Below are positions 1-11,676 of a stretch of DNA of 32,000 bases, in pieces (position 1 is the first letter of the stretch; each line of letters begins with the position of its first letter). The translations under genes were made by a program, and so were the position numbers. The stretch spans positions 778,957 to 810,956 of the forward strand of contig NZ_CABPSJ010000003.1 in NCBI RefSeq assembly GCF_902459745.1. The letters are read 5' to 3'. The notes under the pieces were generated by a model, which was not told where the DNA came from, did no database searches, and was given only the letters and a program-made list of their open reading frames with translations. This DNA is from Pandoraea communis. GTDB taxonomy: Bacteria; Pseudomonadota; Gammaproteobacteria; Burkholderiales; Burkholderiaceae.

Positions 1-8
1 TGCCGCAG

Positions 9-644
9 ATGGCGTTCGACCTGTTTGCCGATGTCGCCGCCGATCTGACCTGTGGCGTGGACGAAGTCGGGCGCGGGCCGCTGGCCGGGCCCGTCGTGAC
101 GGCAGCGGTAATTCTCGATCCGTCGCGTCCGATCAAGGGCTTGGCCGATTCGAAGAAGCTCACGGCCCAGCGTCGTGAGGCGCTCTATGAGGAGATCGTC
201 GAACGCGCGCTCGCGTATTGCATTGCCGAGGCGAGCGTGGCGGAGATCGATTCTCTGAATATCCTCCATGCGACGATGCTCGCGATGCAGCGTGCCGTGA
301 ATGGTCTGTCGCGCGTGCCGACGCTGGCGCTGATCGACGGCAATCGCTGTCCCGTGCTGCCGATGCGTGCCGAGGCCGTTATCAAAGGCGACGATACGGT
401 GCCTGCGATTTCGGCGGCGTCGATTCTTGCGAAGGTCACGCGCGACCGTCAGTTGGTCGCCCTGCACGAAGAATTCCCGCAATACGGTTTCGACGAACAC
501 GTCGGTTATGGCACGCCGCGCCATCTGGAGGCGCTTCGCCAGCACGGCCCCAGCCCGCATCATCGCCAGTCCTTCGCGCCGGTTCGAGAGGCGTTTGAAG
601 TCTTTGGCGTGCTTACTGTTTCTCGTCTGGCGCGTTCGTCATGA
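9..644 (+). CDS. rnhB: Ribonuclease HII
   Basis: 211-aa ORF. The N-terminal [15 protein letters not shown] and the later DSKKL motifs are typical of RNase HII. Its stop overlaps the next gene's start (ATGA at 641-644). Confidence 0.9.
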   Translation: MAFDLFADVAADLTCGVDEVGRGPLAGPVVTAAVILDPSRPIKGLADSKKLTAQRREALYEEIVERALAYCIAEASVAEIDSLNILHATMLAMQRAVNGLSRVPTLALIDGNRCPVLPMRAEAVIKGDDTVPAISAASILAKVTRDRQLVALHEEFPQYGFDEHVGYGTPRHLEALRQHGPSPHHRQSFAPVREAFEVFGVLTVSRLARSS

Positions 645-1420
645 AGCTCATCAGTTCCAAAGACAATCCGTTCTACAAGCGCCTGAAGCAACTGGCACAG
701 TCGAACCAGCAGCGGCGCAAGCTCGGTCAGACATTGCTCGAAGGCGTGCATCTGGCCGACGCTTATCTCGGCGCGCTGGGGCAACCGCTCGTTTGCGTGG
801 CAGCGGAACCGGCGCTTGAGAACGATGAAGTCGCACAGATCTGGACGAGGGTAGAGGCCGAGCGTCGCGTGTGTTTGCCGCAGGCACTCTTCGAGCCGCT
901 GTCGACGCTCGTCAACGGCGTGCCGCTACTGTTCGTCGTGGAGGTGCCCTCGGGGCATCTGCCGACGTCGCAAAAGACGGACTGCATCATCCTGGATGCG
1001 GTGCAGGATGCAGGTAATGTGGGTTCGATTCTCCGCAGTGCAGCGGCCGCGGGCGTTCGCGACGTGTATTGTATGTCGGGCACAGCGCTCGCCTGGTCGA
1101 GCAAGGTGCTGCGTGCCGGAATGGGCGCGCATTTCTCCCTGAATATCGTGGAGCATTGCACGCCGGATTCGCTCGCGCCGCGTCTGTCGGTGCCGTTGCT
1201 GGCGACGAGTTTGCAGGCGAGCACATCGCTGTACGAGCAGGATTTACGCGCACCTGTGGCATGGGTCTTCGGCAATGAAGGTGCCGGCGTATCGCCACAT
1301 TGGCTCGAGCGCGTGCAGACGCCGATTCGTATTCCGCAGCCGGGCGGTATGGAGTCGCTCAACGTGGCGGCGTGCGCGGCCATCTGCCTGTTCGAAGCGG
1401 TGCGTCAACGACTGTCCTGA
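641..1420 (+). CDS. TrmH/SpoU-family RNA 2'-O-methyltransferase
   Basis: 259-aa ORF. The C-terminal half ([20 protein letters not shown] ... [10 protein letters not shown] ... [22 protein letters not shown]) matches the SPOUT methyltransferase motifs. It is translationally coupled to rnhB. Confidence 0.8.
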   Translation: MKLISSKDNPFYKRLKQLAQSNQQRRKLGQTLLEGVHLADAYLGALGQPLVCVAAEPALENDEVAQIWTRVEAERRVCLPQALFEPLSTLVNGVPLLFVVEVPSGHLPTSQKTDCIILDAVQDAGNVGSILRSAAAAGVRDVYCMSGTALAWSSKVLRAGMGAHFSLNIVEHCTPDSLAPRLSVPLLATSLQASTSLYEQDLRAPVAWVFGNEGAGVSPHWLERVQTPIRIPQPGGMESLNVAACAAICLFEAVRQRLS

Positions 1421-1443
1421 GCGGGTTCGCGAGTGTGCGTGGT

Positions 1444-1475
1444 GCAAACAAAAAGGGACGCCGATGGCGTCCCTT
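1444..1475 (-). terminator. Rho-independent terminator downstream of ppsR
   Basis: 10-bp GC-rich stem (aagggacgcc, 1453-1462, pairing with ggcgtccctt, 1466-1475) and a 3-nt loop. On the minus strand it is followed by TTTGTTTG. It lies 40 nt after the ppsR stop. Confidence 0.6.
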
Positions 1476-1515
1476 ATGTCATCAGCGCAGCCGCAAATCG
1501 CGCGGCCGAAAGACG

Positions 1516-2394
1516 TCAGTAGACGTCACGCTCCAGTTTGATTTCCTGCAGAATGGTCGTGGCGATTTCTTCGATCGACTTGTGTGTCGACGACAGCCAT
1601 TTGATCCCTTCGCGGCGCATCATCGCCTCGGCCTCGTTGACCTCGTAGCGGCAATTTTCCAGCGACGCGTACTTGCTGCCCGGACGGCGCTCGTTGCGAA
1701 TCTCCGAGAGCCGTTGCGGATCGATGGACAAACCGAAGATCTTGTCCTTGTACTGGTCGAGCGTAGAAGGCAGCTTTTCGCGCTCGAAGTCTTCCGGGAT
1801 CAACGGATAGTTTGCGGCCTTCACGCCGTATTGCATGGCGAGATAGAGCGTGGTCGGCGTCTTGCCGCTGCGCGATACGCCTACGAGGATCACGTCGGCG
1901 CTTTGCAGATTCTTGTTGGACTGACCGTCGTCGTGCGCGAGCGAGAAGTTCACCGCCTCGATCCGGTTCTTGTAAGCCTCGCTGTCGGCGTTCTGGTGAA
2001 CGCGGCCAATGGCATGCATCGATTTGAGGCCCAACTCCACCTCGAGCGGTTCGATGAACGTCTGGAACATGTCGAGAATCACGCCGTGGCAATTGCGCAG
2101 AATCTCGTTGGCCCGCGCGTCGACGAGTGTGCTGAAAATGATCGGCCGGACATTCTCCGTTCGATACATTTCATTGATCCGTTGTGCCGTTTCATAGGCT
2201 TTATCGACAGAATCCACGAACGGAACGCGAATCTGACGGAAACGCATTTCGAATTGTGCGAGGATCGAATGCGCGAACGTTTCGGCGGTAATCCCGGTGC
2301 CGTCGGACACGATGAAGACCGGGCGTGCGGCAACCGGTGTGGCCGCTGCGGCGGGGGACATAGGGGAATTTCCGGTAGTCGAGGAGTCGCTCAT
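1516..2394 (-). CDS. ppsR: PEP synthase regulatory protein (bifunctional kinase/pyrophosphorylase, DUF299)
   Basis: FIVSDGTGITAETF near the N-terminus and a P-loop-like GVSRSGKTPT. It is divergent from ppsA, as in the conserved ppsR-ppsA arrangement. I chose the start at MSDSS (2394) rather than the longest ORF start (2514). Confidence 0.85.
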   Translation of the reverse strand: MSDSSTTGNSPMSPAAAATPVAARPVFIVSDGTGITAETFAHSILAQFEMRFRQIRVPFVDSVDKAYETAQRINEMYRTENVRPIIFSTLVDARANEILRNCHGVILDMFQTFIEPLEVELGLKSMHAIGRVHQNADSEAYKNRIEAVNFSLAHDDGQSNKNLQSADVILVGVSRSGKTPTTLYLAMQYGVKAANYPLIPEDFEREKLPSTLDQYKDKIFGLSIDPQRLSEIRNERRPGSKYASLENCRYEVNEAEAMMRREGIKWLSSTHKSIEEIATTILQEIKLERDVY

Positions 2395-2659
2395 GCGCAG
2401 AATCGCAAATTGGTGCATTGCACGGTAGAATAGCGGCAACTTGTTGGATAAGCAATTGTGCAACCATCGCGCGCCGCCCGGCTTCAGGCCCGTCTGGCGG
2501 GGCGCAGCGGGCAATTCCGATGGTTCGATGCAGGTCGTCGGGTGCTAGCCCCTGGTTCTCGACGCAGCCAAAGCGCGATTTCTTATCCAACAGGTCGATC
2601 GGTCCACGTCAGTCCCAACCGATCCTCCGAGAATTTTTTTTCTTACCTTAGGGGCTTTT

Positions 2660-5050
2660 ATGACTAACGCAGCACACGACGGCGCCTACGTGGTGCCGTT
2701 TGAGCATCTGCGCATGACCGACGTCGAGTCGGTCGGCGGCAAGAATGCATCGCTTGGCGAAATGATCAGCCAACTGGCCAGCGCCGGCGTGCGCGTGCCG
2801 GGTGGTTTCGCCACGACGTCTTTCGCCTTCCGCGAGTTTCTCCACCACAACAATCTGACTGAGCGCGTTGCCCAACGCCTCGAGGGCCTGGACGTGGATA
2901 ACGTCAAGGCGCTCGCAGAAGCCGGTGCCGAAATCCGTCAGTGGATCGTCGACGCACCGCTGCAGCCGCAACTCGAGAAGGAGATCCGCGAGCAGTTCGC
3001 GCGCATCGCAGACGGCCAGCCGGACGCCTCGTTCGCCGTGCGTTCGTCGGCAACCGCCGAAGATCTGCCGGACGCCTCGTTCGCCGGTCAGCAGGAAAGC
3101 TATCTGAACGTGGTCGGTATCGAAGACGTGCTTGATCGTATGAAGCACGTCTTCGCCTCGCTGTACAACGACCGTGCCATCTCGTATCGCGTTCACAAGG
3201 GCTTCACGCACGCCGAAGTGGCGTTGTCGGCCGGTGTGCAGCGCATGGTTCGCTCGGACTGCGGCGCGTCGGGTGTGATGTTCACGATCGACACCGAGTC
3301 TGGTTTCCAGGACGTTGTCTTCATCACGGCCAGCTACGGCCTGGGTGAGACGGTCGTGCAGGGCGCCGTGAACCCGGACGAGTTCTACGTTTTCAAGCCG
3401 ACGCTCAAGGCGGGCAAGTACCCCATTATTCGCCGCACGCTTGGCTCGAAGCTCCTCAAAATGGAATTCACGCAACCGGGCGAGCCGGGCCGCGTGAAGA
3501 CCATCGATGTGCCGATGGAGCTGCGTAACCGCTACTCGATCACCGACGACGATTGTGTCGAACTGGCCAAGTTCGCGCTGATCATCGAGAAGCACTACGG
3601 TCGTCCGATGGACATCGAGTGGGGCAAGGACGGCAAGGACGGCAAGATCTACATCCTGCAAGCGCGCCCCGAGACGGTCAAGAGCCAGGCCGTCGGCAAG
3701 GTTGAGCAACGCTTCAAGCTCAAGGGCGATGCCCCGGTGCTGACGAGGGGCCGAGCCATCGGTCAGAAGATCGGTGCAGGTCCGGTGCGCGTGATCATGG
3801 ACCCGAGCGAGATGGAGCGTGTGCAGCCGGGCGACGTGCTGGTGGCCGACATGACCGACCCGAACTGGGAGCCGGTGATGAAGCGTGCATCGGCCATCGT
3901 GACCAACCGTGGCGGCCGTACCTGCCACGCGGCGATTATCGCGCGTGAGCTGGGTGTGCCGGCAGTGGTCGGCTGTGGCGACGCGACCGACGTGCTCAAG
4001 GATGGCGCGCTCGTGACCGTCTCCTGCGCCGAAGGCGACGAAGGCAAGATTTACGACGGTCTGCTCGAGACCGAAATCACCGAGATCCAGCGCGGCGAAA
4101 TGCCGAAGATCCCGGTGAAGATCATGATGAACGTGGGCAACCCGCAACTCGCCTTCGACTTCGCGCAACTGCCGAACGAAGGGGTAGGTCTGGCGCGTCT
4201 GGAATTCATCATTAACAACAACATCGGTGTGCACCCGCGCGCGATTCTCGAGTACCCGAACATCGACGCCGACCTGAAGAAGGCGGTCGAATCGGTGGCG
4301 CGTGGTCATGCATCGCCGCGCGCGTTCTACGTCGACAAGCTGGCCGAAGGCATTGCCACGATCGCCGCAGCCTTCTATCCGAAGAGCGTGATCGTGCGTC
4401 TGTCGGACTTCAAGTCCAACGAGTACAAGAAGCTCATCGGCGGTTCGCGTTACGAGCCGGACGAAGAAAACCCGATGCTGGGTTTCCGCGGTGCTTCGCG
4501 TTATATCTCGGAAGACTTCGCCGAGGCGTTCGAGATGGAATGCCGTGCACTCAAGCGCGTGCGTGACGAAATGGGTCTGACCAACGTCGAGATCATGGTG
4601 CCGTTCGTGCGTACGCTGGGTCAGGCCGAGCGTGTGGTTAACATGCTGGCTGGCTACGGTCTGAAGCGTGGCGAGAACGGTCTGAAGCTGGTGATGATGT
4701 GCGAAGTGCCGTCGAACGCCATTCTGGCCGACGAGTTCCTCGAGTTCTTCGACGGCTTCTCGATCGGTTCGAACGACCTGACGCAGCTCACGCTGGGTCT
4801 GGATCGCGATTCGGGCATGGAACTGCTGGCCAAGGACTTCGACGAACGTGACCCGGCCGTGAAGTTCATGCTGACCCGCGCGATCAAGGCGTGCCTGTCG
4901 AAGGGCAAGTACGTCGGCATCTGCGGTCAGGGCCCGTCGGACCATCCGGATCTGGCCGAATGGCTGGCGAAGGAAGGCATTGCTTCTATGTCGCTCAACC
5001 CGGATACGGTCATCGAAACGTGGCAACAACTCGCCAAGCTGGCGAAGTAA
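2660..5050 (+). CDS. ppsA: Phosphoenolpyruvate synthase
   Basis: 796-aa ORF with a PEP-utilising-enzyme mobile domain ([24 protein letters not shown]) and a C-terminal TIM-barrel signature (GICGQ). Length and order are typical of PpsA. Confidence 0.95.
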   Translation: MTNAAHDGAYVVPFEHLRMTDVESVGGKNASLGEMISQLASAGVRVPGGFATTSFAFREFLHHNNLTERVAQRLEGLDVDNVKALAEAGAEIRQWIVDAPLQPQLEKEIREQFARIADGQPDASFAVRSSATAEDLPDASFAGQQESYLNVVGIEDVLDRMKHVFASLYNDRAISYRVHKGFTHAEVALSAGVQRMVRSDCGASGVMFTIDTESGFQDVVFITASYGLGETVVQGAVNPDEFYVFKPTLKAGKYPIIRRTLGSKLLKMEFTQPGEPGRVKTIDVPMELRNRYSITDDDCVELAKFALIIEKHYGRPMDIEWGKDGKDGKIYILQARPETVKSQAVGKVEQRFKLKGDAPVLTRGRAIGQKIGAGPVRVIMDPSEMERVQPGDVLVADMTDPNWEPVMKRASAIVTNRGGRTCHAAIIARELGVPAVVGCGDATDVLKDGALVTVSCAEGDEGKIYDGLLETEITEIQRGEMPKIPVKIMMNVGNPQLAFDFAQLPNEGVGLARLEFIINNNIGVHPRAILEYPNIDADLKKAVESVARGHASPRAFYVDKLAEGIATIAAAFYPKSVIVRLSDFKSNEYKKLIGGSRYEPDEENPMLGFRGASRYISEDFAEAFEMECRALKRVRDEMGLTNVEIMVPFVRTLGQAERVVNMLAGYGLKRGENGLKLVMMCEVPSNAILADEFLEFFDGFSIGSNDLTQLTLGLDRDSGMELLAKDFDERDPAVKFMLTRAIKACLSKGKYVGICGQGPSDHPDLAEWLAKEGIASMSLNPDTVIETWQQLAKLAK

Positions 5051-5161
5051 TCGTCACGATCACGACCTGAGTTGGGACGCGTCCGAGCGGCATCTCGGAC
5101 GCGACCGAAAGGCAGCGCAGTCCTTGGGATGCGAGCGCCGGCCGGTTGGTTTCGTGCTATA

Positions 5162-5189
5162 AACCCCGGTAATACACCGGGGTTTTTTT
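5162..5189 (+). terminator. Rho-independent terminator after ppsA
   Basis: Stem aaccccggt (5162-5170) pairing with accggggtt (5176-5184), loop aatac, followed by a T-run. Confidence 0.75.
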
Positions 5190-5205
5190 ATGTCTGGGAG
5201 TTGTG

Positions 5206-5640
5206 ATGGAGCAAGCTTGGCTTTGGTTCGGCGTTGCCGGATTGACCGTGGTGCTGGAGCTGGCAAGCGGAACGTTCTATCTCCTGATGGTGGCGCTCGG
5301 AATGACGGCTGGCGGCATCGCGGCGGTATTACGCATCGATTGGCCGCTGCAGCTGGTGATCGCAGCAGTGGTGGCCGGCGTGGCCGTCTGGTTCCTGCGT
5401 CGCAGCCGGTTTGGCCGGCGGCGCATCAAGGTTGACGCAACGGCAGATCCCAACACCAATCTGGACATCGGGCAGCAATTGCATGTCGAGGCGTGGCAGG
5501 CTGACGGCCGCGCACGGGCGATGTACCGCGGCGCCGAGTGGGACGTCGAGCTAATGCCCGGTGAGACCGCAGATGCAGGTTGGTTTGTCATCCGGGAGGT
5601 GCGTGGCAGCCGATTGTTCGTTGCCCACGTGACGGTGTGA
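5206..5640 (+). CDS. NfeD-family membrane protein
   Basis: Hydrophobic N-terminus with 2-3 predicted TM helices and a soluble C-terminal beta-rich domain. It sits directly upstream of an SPFH/band-7 gene, the classic NfeD-SPFH pair. The ATG at 5206 is preceded by GGGAG. Confidence 0.7.
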   Translation: MEQAWLWFGVAGLTVVLELASGTFYLLMVALGMTAGGIAAVLRIDWPLQLVIAAVVAGVAVWFLRRSRFGRRRIKVDATADPNTNLDIGQQLHVEAWQADGRARAMYRGAEWDVELMPGETADAGWFVIREVRGSRLFVAHVTV

Positions 5641-5825
5641 TTGCGGGACGACTTCAGTCCATGCATCCACGTGAGAGTTAGGCATTACCTCATTACCCGC
5701 TAGGGGATAGCTCATTTTCGAGCTTCTACGTCGCATCGGGTCTGTGTTCCGTTACGATGCATGGCCTGCCATCGCGGGTGACGGGGAACCAGCCTGCCGT
5801 AATGGCGGGCGCTTCAGGGGGAAAC

Positions 5826-6809
5826 ATGTTCGATCTATCCAACGTCGCGTTTATTGTTTTTATCATCGCCGTGGTCATTGCGGCGCGTTCGATCAAGATC
5901 GTGCCGCAGCAGCATGCGTGGGTGATCGAGCGTCTCGGTAAATATCATGCGACCCTCACGCCGGGGCTCTCGATTGTCGTGCCGTTCGTGGATCGCGTGG
6001 CCTATAAGCATTTGCTCAAGGAAGTGCCGCTCGACGTACCGAGTCAGGTTTGTATCACCAAGGACAACACGCAGTTGCAAGTCGACGGGATTCTGTACTT
6101 TCAGGTGACCGATGCGATGAAGGCATCGTACGGCTCAAGCAACTACGTCGTGGCCATCACGCAACTTGCGCAAACGACACTGCGTAGCGTGATCGGCAGG
6201 CTTGAACTCGACAAGACGTTTGAAGAGCGCGCGTTCATCAACCACAGCGTGGTCAATGCGCTTGATGAAGCAGCGTCGAACTGGGGGGTGAAGGTGCTGC
6301 GTTACGAGATCAAGGATCTCACTCCGCCGAAAGAGATTCTGCACGCCATGCAGGCGCAGATCACAGCCGAGCGTGAGAAGCGTGCACTGATCGCGGCATC
6401 GGAAGGGAAGCGGCAGGAGCAGATCAACCTGGCGACCGGCGCACGCGAAGCGGCTATCCAGAAGTCCGAAGGTGAGCGTCAGGCGGCAATCAATCGGGCG
6501 CAAGGTGAGGCGTCGGCCATTCTGGCGGTGGCAGAGGCGAACGCCGAGGCCATTCAAAAGGTTGGGACGGCGATTCAGACGCAGGGCGGCATGGAAGCTG
6601 TCAACCTCAAGGTGGCCGAGCAATACGTCAATGCGTTCGGTAACCTCGCCAAAACGAACAACACGCTGATCGTGCCGGGCAATCTCACGGATTTGAGCGG
6701 CATGATTGCTTCGGCGCTCAAGATCGTGCGCGGCACCGAAGGGGGATCGATCCCGGGAGGTGATGGCGGCGGTGTTGGTGGCTTCGGTAATTCGACTCCC
6801 CGGCGCTAA
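5826..6809 (+). CDS. SPFH/band-7 (stomatin/prohibitin-like) membrane protein
   Basis: N-terminal TM helix, then IVPQQHAWVIERLGKY ... LRSVIG ... and a coiled-coil A/E/Q-rich tail. I chose the start at MFDLS (5826, preceded by GGGGGA) rather than the longest ORF start (5757). Confidence 0.85.
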   Translation: MFDLSNVAFIVFIIAVVIAARSIKIVPQQHAWVIERLGKYHATLTPGLSIVVPFVDRVAYKHLLKEVPLDVPSQVCITKDNTQLQVDGILYFQVTDAMKASYGSSNYVVAITQLAQTTLRSVIGRLELDKTFEERAFINHSVVNALDEAASNWGVKVLRYEIKDLTPPKEILHAMQAQITAEREKRALIAASEGKRQEQINLATGAREAAIQKSEGERQAAINRAQGEASAILAVAEANAEAIQKVGTAIQTQGGMEAVNLKVAEQYVNAFGNLAKTNNTLIVPGNLTDLSGMIASALKIVRGTEGGSIPGGDGGGVGGFGNSTPRR

Positions 6810-6824
6810 ACTGGCGCAACAATG

Positions 6825-6853
6825 AAAAACGGCCCAGATGGGCCGTTTTCTTT
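6825..6853. terminator. Bidirectional Rho-independent terminator between the SPFH gene and smpB
   Basis: Stem aaaacggccc pairing with gggccgtttt, 4-nt loop, T-runs on both strands. Confidence 0.7.
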
Positions 6854-6907
6854 GGGTGGTTGGCAAACGTGTTGGCTGTATCGCGCGCACCATGCCGATG
6901 CCGCGCC

Positions 6908-7354
6908 TCAGGTGGGCGTGCGCATCAAACGTGCTTTTTCGCGATCCCAGTCGCGCTTCTTTTCCGTCTCGCGCTTGTCGTGAAGCTTCTTGCCCTTGGC
7001 TAGCCCGATCTCGCATTTCACCAGACCTTTGCTGTAGTGCAGGTTGATGGGAACGAGCGTGTATCCGCGTTGCTCCACCTTGCCGATGAGTTTCTTGATT
7101 TCGTCGGCTTTCAGCAGAAGCTTGCGGGTGCGCACGGGGTCGGGCTTGATGTGCGTCGACGCGGTCTGCAGCGGGCTGATGTGCGTGCCGATCAGGAAGA
7201 TCTCGCCATTCTTGATGACGACATAACCCTCCTTGATCTGCGCCCGCCCGGCGCGAATTGCCTTGACTTCCCACCCCTCGAGCGCGATCCCGGCTTCGTA
7301 TCGCTCCTCGATGAAGTAATCGAAGAAGGCCTTCTTGTTGTCAATGATGCTCAT
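6908..7354 (-). CDS. smpB: SsrA-binding protein SmpB
   Basis: 148 aa. N-terminal NKKAFFDY ... [15 protein letters not shown] and a basic C-terminal tail, typical of SmpB. Confidence 0.95.
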   Translation of the reverse strand: MSIIDNKKAFFDYFIEERYEAGIALEGWEVKAIRAGRAQIKEGYVVIKNGEIFLIGTHISPLQTASTHIKPDPVRTRKLLLKADEIKKLIGKVEQRGYTLVPINLHYSKGLVKCEIGLAKGKKLHDKRETEKKRDWDREKARLMRTPT

Positions 7355-7511
7355 GGATCCTTGGCGGGTAACTTGGTCGGACCCGGTGAGTCGGGCTCGG
7401 GTAAAATAGCGATTTTAACAAAGAGTCTCGGCAAGAGGCGGCTTGCGACGCGCGGGGGTCGATACAGCATCGATCGCAGGCGTGTCGTGCGAACACCTCG
7501 CCCGACAGACG

Positions 7512-7946
7512 ATGGCCGAAGTCAGTAAAACCGTTCTCGTGCATTTCTCCGATGAGCAGATGTACGACCTGGTGACCAATGTCGCCGATTACCCCAAATT
7601 CCTGCCCTGGTGCGGTGGTGTCGAGATTCGGCATCAGGACGAGCACAGCATGGAGGCGTCGCTGATGATTGACTTCAAGGGTCTGAAGCATTCATTCGCG
7701 ACGCGCAATATTCAGACGCGTCCGGACTCCATTCAAATGACGTTCGTCGAAGGACCCTTCAAGCGTTTTCACGGCACGTGGAAGTTCACCGCGCTGCGCG
7801 AGAACGCCTGCAAGATCGAGTTTGGCCTTCACTACGAATTTGCGAATTTTCTGCTCGAGAAGGTCATCGGGCCGGTGTTCAGTCACATTGCCAATACGTT
7901 CGTCGACGCGTTCGTCAAGCGCGCGGAGGCCGTGTATGTCGAGTGA
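7512..7946 (+). CDS. ratA: SRPBCC-family RatA/YfjG-like (CoQ-binding/polyketide-cyclase fold) protein
   Basis: MAEVSKTVLVHFSDEQMYDLVTNVADYPKFLPWC is typical of the RatA/Coq10 family. It is divergent from smpB and followed by rnfH, as in the conserved enterobacterial smpB-ratA(yfjG)-yfjF locus. Confidence 0.85.
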   Translation: MAEVSKTVLVHFSDEQMYDLVTNVADYPKFLPWCGGVEIRHQDEHSMEASLMIDFKGLKHSFATRNIQTRPDSIQMTFVEGPFKRFHGTWKFTALRENACKIEFGLHYEFANFLLEKVIGPVFSHIANTFVDAFVKRAEAVYVE

Positions 7947-8271
7947 GCTGAATGTCGAAGTCTGCTATGCGCTGCCTGACGAGCAGACGATCATTCCGTT
8001 GACGTTGCCGCAAGGCGCCACAATGCGTGATGCGATCGAGCGTAGCGGCGTGCTGCAACGCTTTCCCGAGCTGGATCTCGCGCGCGTGAAAGCGGGCGTC
8101 TTCGGCAAGGTGCGAGCGCTCGACGCCGTAGTGGAAGCGGGCGATCGCGTCGAGATCTACCGCGTGCTCAAGGCTGACCCCAAGGTGGCGCGTCAGCGAC
8201 GTGTCGAGAAGGTGCGTAACGAAGGAAGCCGGGAAGGGCAGAAGTGGCTGGGGAGCCGTCGCGGGAGCTAG
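7936..8271 (+). CDS. rnfH: RnfH-family ubiquitin-fold protein
   Basis: Starts at MSSELNVEVCYALPDEQ and continues GDRVEIYRVLKADPK. It overlaps the ratA 3' end by 11 nt. Size and position are typical of RnfH/YfjF. Confidence 0.8.
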   Translation: MSSELNVEVCYALPDEQTIIPLTLPQGATMRDAIERSGVLQRFPELDLARVKAGVFGKVRALDAVVEAGDRVEIYRVLKADPKVARQRRVEKVRNEGSREGQKWLGSRRGS

Positions 8272-8301
8272 GCCGGCGACAGACTCCCGGTTCTGCACCG
8301 G

Positions 8302-9231
8302 TCAGTGTGTCGATCCCCGCGAATGTAGCCGTACCGACGCGCTGACGCCCGCGAGCAGCAGCACGATGGCCGCGAGTTCCAGCAGACGCGGTACGCGCTG
8401 TTCGTAAATGAAGCCGTAGATCAGCGCGAACAGCGTTTCAAACACGATCATCTGGCCCGACAGGGTCAGGGGCAGCCGCCGGCTCGCCGCATTCCAGAAC
8501 GCGTTGCCGATAGTCGATGCGCCTATCGCTACCGCGATATTCACGATCAGGAACATTTGCCAGTCGCGCGGCACGTCGGTCGCTGCCGGGTGTGGCAGCA
8601 ACACGGCCGGGATAGCCAGCGCCAAGGCCAGAACGCCAGTGGCGACGCCCGTCAGCAACGACCATTCCTGACTCGTGAAGTGCCCGAATTGCGCCAGATA
8701 GCGGGCATTGGCCACGGCATACCAGGTCCAGCTCACCAGAGCGCCGACGGCGCAGGCGATGCCTGCGAGCGTCAGCCGCCAGTCCCCGCCACTTGCCGAG
8801 GCATGGGCGAACACGTCGACATTGATGCAGACGATACCCGCGGCCACCAGTGCCAACGGGCCCGCCAGACGGGACAAGGGTATCGCGCCGTGATCGCGGC
8901 TGCCGACCAGCGTGACCGTCACGGGCAGCACGCCAACGATCAGCGATGCGGGGGCGATGCCGGCCATCTGCACGGCACCTGCGAGGAACAGGTAATAGAT
9001 GAGGTTGCCGACCAGACTTAGCCGGAATAATGCGCGCCAGTCATGGCCTGAGACGGTATGTCGCAGGCGCGCCCAGAGCGGTGCGAGCAGTACGGCCGAC
9101 ACTAGCCCGTAAAGCACGTAACGGGCAGCCGACAGTTCCAGCGGCGAGAAGCCGGGCAGCAGGCGAGGGGCCAGAAAGACCAGTCCCCACAATGCGCCCG
9201 CCGCCAATCCGAAAGAAATGCCTTGCCCCAT
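8302..9231 (-). CDS. EamA/DMT-superfamily transporter
   Basis: 309 aa with about 10 hydrophobic helices in two similar halves, giving the EamA-like duplicated architecture. Confidence 0.75.
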   Translation of the reverse strand: MGQGISFGLAAGALWGLVFLAPRLLPGFSPLELSAARYVLYGLVSAVLLAPLWARLRHTVSGHDWRALFRLSLVGNLIYYLFLAGAVQMAGIAPASLIVGVLPVTVTLVGSRDHGAIPLSRLAGPLALVAAGIVCINVDVFAHASASGGDWRLTLAGIACAVGALVSWTWYAVANARYLAQFGHFTSQEWSLLTGVATGVLALALAIPAVLLPHPAATDVPRDWQMFLIVNIAVAIGASTIGNAFWNAASRRLPLTLSGQMIVFETLFALIYGFIYEQRVPRLLELAAIVLLLAGVSASVRLHSRGSTH

Positions 9232-9489
9232 GAAGTTCGTGCCCGTGGTTCGTGGTATCGAGATGCCGGTGATCCGTGCCGCCCGGTGTGCCGGTTGTGC
9301 CGGTCAGGGCGGTGCAGGAAGGGCGCAAGAATAGCATGGGGCCGGTGCGTGCCGATTGTGAAATCCGGCATTCGGCGGGCCAGGGCGCCGACCCAAAAGG
9401 GGGGCGAAACATACGCGAGTCGTCTCTCGGGGAAAAAGCCCCTTGACATGTGGGGCACACGTTCCATGCAACTCGCGATTTCTGTATAA

Positions 9490-10977
<1,488 letters not shown>

Positions 10978-10983
10978 TCGCCC

Positions 10984-11676
10984 ATGAAGGCCATGTTGCG
11001 TACGGTACTGTTCCTCGATGCGGCGCTGAATCTGGCACTCGGTGTGCTGCTGATCGCGTCGTTCTGGTCATCGCTGTACGTGGCCATTGAAGTGCCCGCA
11101 CCATCGCCCGTGCTCTATGCGCAGGCGCTTGGTGTAGCCTTCATCGGCGTGGCCTGGCTGCAATGGCACGCCACCGTGAACGGCCAGTTGACGGCGACTG
11201 TTGCGAAAGTGACGGGGCATATCAATTGGGTGATCGGTGCGTTCGTGCTGGGCTGGCTGATCTCCGGCCAACTGGCGGTGACGGGGGGCGGCAAGTTGTT
11301 GATGCCGGCGCTTGGTGCTGTCCTGTTGGTGGTGGGTGCCATTCTCGTCAAGCTGGCGTCGAGCGTGCGCACGAAAGAGCGCGTGCAGGCGGTGCAGCAT
11401 GCCGGCGGACGAGTGCGTGGGGGTGCCGTGAGCGACACCCGGCGCAACGCACCGTACGATGACGCGGATGCCCGGGCTCTCGACGATGCCCGAGGCACGC
11501 GCGCTGAGCCGCGCATGGAGACGCCTGGGGGCGGCTCCACCTCCGTCAACACTACGCCGGTCGCGCCTGCGGGCAGCACCGGTACTGTCACGCCCGTGCC
11601 TTCCGCCACGGCGCCGACGTCCAACGAATCCACTTCTTCCGTACCTCACGATGCACGACAAAATCCTCATTCTTGA
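10984..11676 (+). CDS. Hypothetical membrane protein (4 predicted TM helices, low-complexity T/P/S/A tail)
   Basis: ORF with a hydrophobic N-terminal 130 aa. The C-terminus overlaps the guaA start by 26 nt. No family recognised. Confidence 0.55.
   Translation: MKAMLRTVLFLDAALNLALGVLLIASFWSSLYVAIEVPAPSPVLYAQALGVAFIGVAWLQWHATVNGQLTATVAKVTGHINWVIGAFVLGWLISGQLAVTGGGKLLMPALGAVLLVVGAILVKLASSVRTKERVQAVQHAGGRVRGGAVSDTRRNAPYDDADARALDDARGTRAEPRMETPGGGSTSVNTTPVAPAGSTGTVTPVPSATAPTSNESTSSVPHDARQNPHS

Noticed and set aside
1300-2433. 377-aa + strand ORF overlapping ppsR
   Set aside because: It is antisense to ppsR, has no motifs, and runs through the trmH 3' end and the terminator hairpin.
2648-5029. 793-aa minus-strand ORF covering almost all of ppsA
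   Set aside because: It is a shadow ORF antisense to a confidently identified ppsA in high-GC DNA. The translation is Arg/His/Val/Leu-rich with no recognisable motifs.
5206-6809. The NfeD-SPFH pair as a defence-associated membrane system
   Set aside because: It is a ubiquitous housekeeping pair in a core context, flanked by strong terminators, with no adjacent mobile or defence genes.
6135-7274. 379-aa minus-strand ORF spanning the SPFH gene, the terminator and smpB
   Set aside because: It crosses a strong bidirectional terminator and two confidently called genes. The Arg-rich translation is typical of off-frame GC-rich sequence.
7512-8271. ratA-rnfH as an accessory toxin-antitoxin or defence module
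   Set aside because: This is the conserved housekeeping smpB-ratA-rnfH neighbourhood in core DNA with core-like GC. Nothing suggests mobility or novelty.
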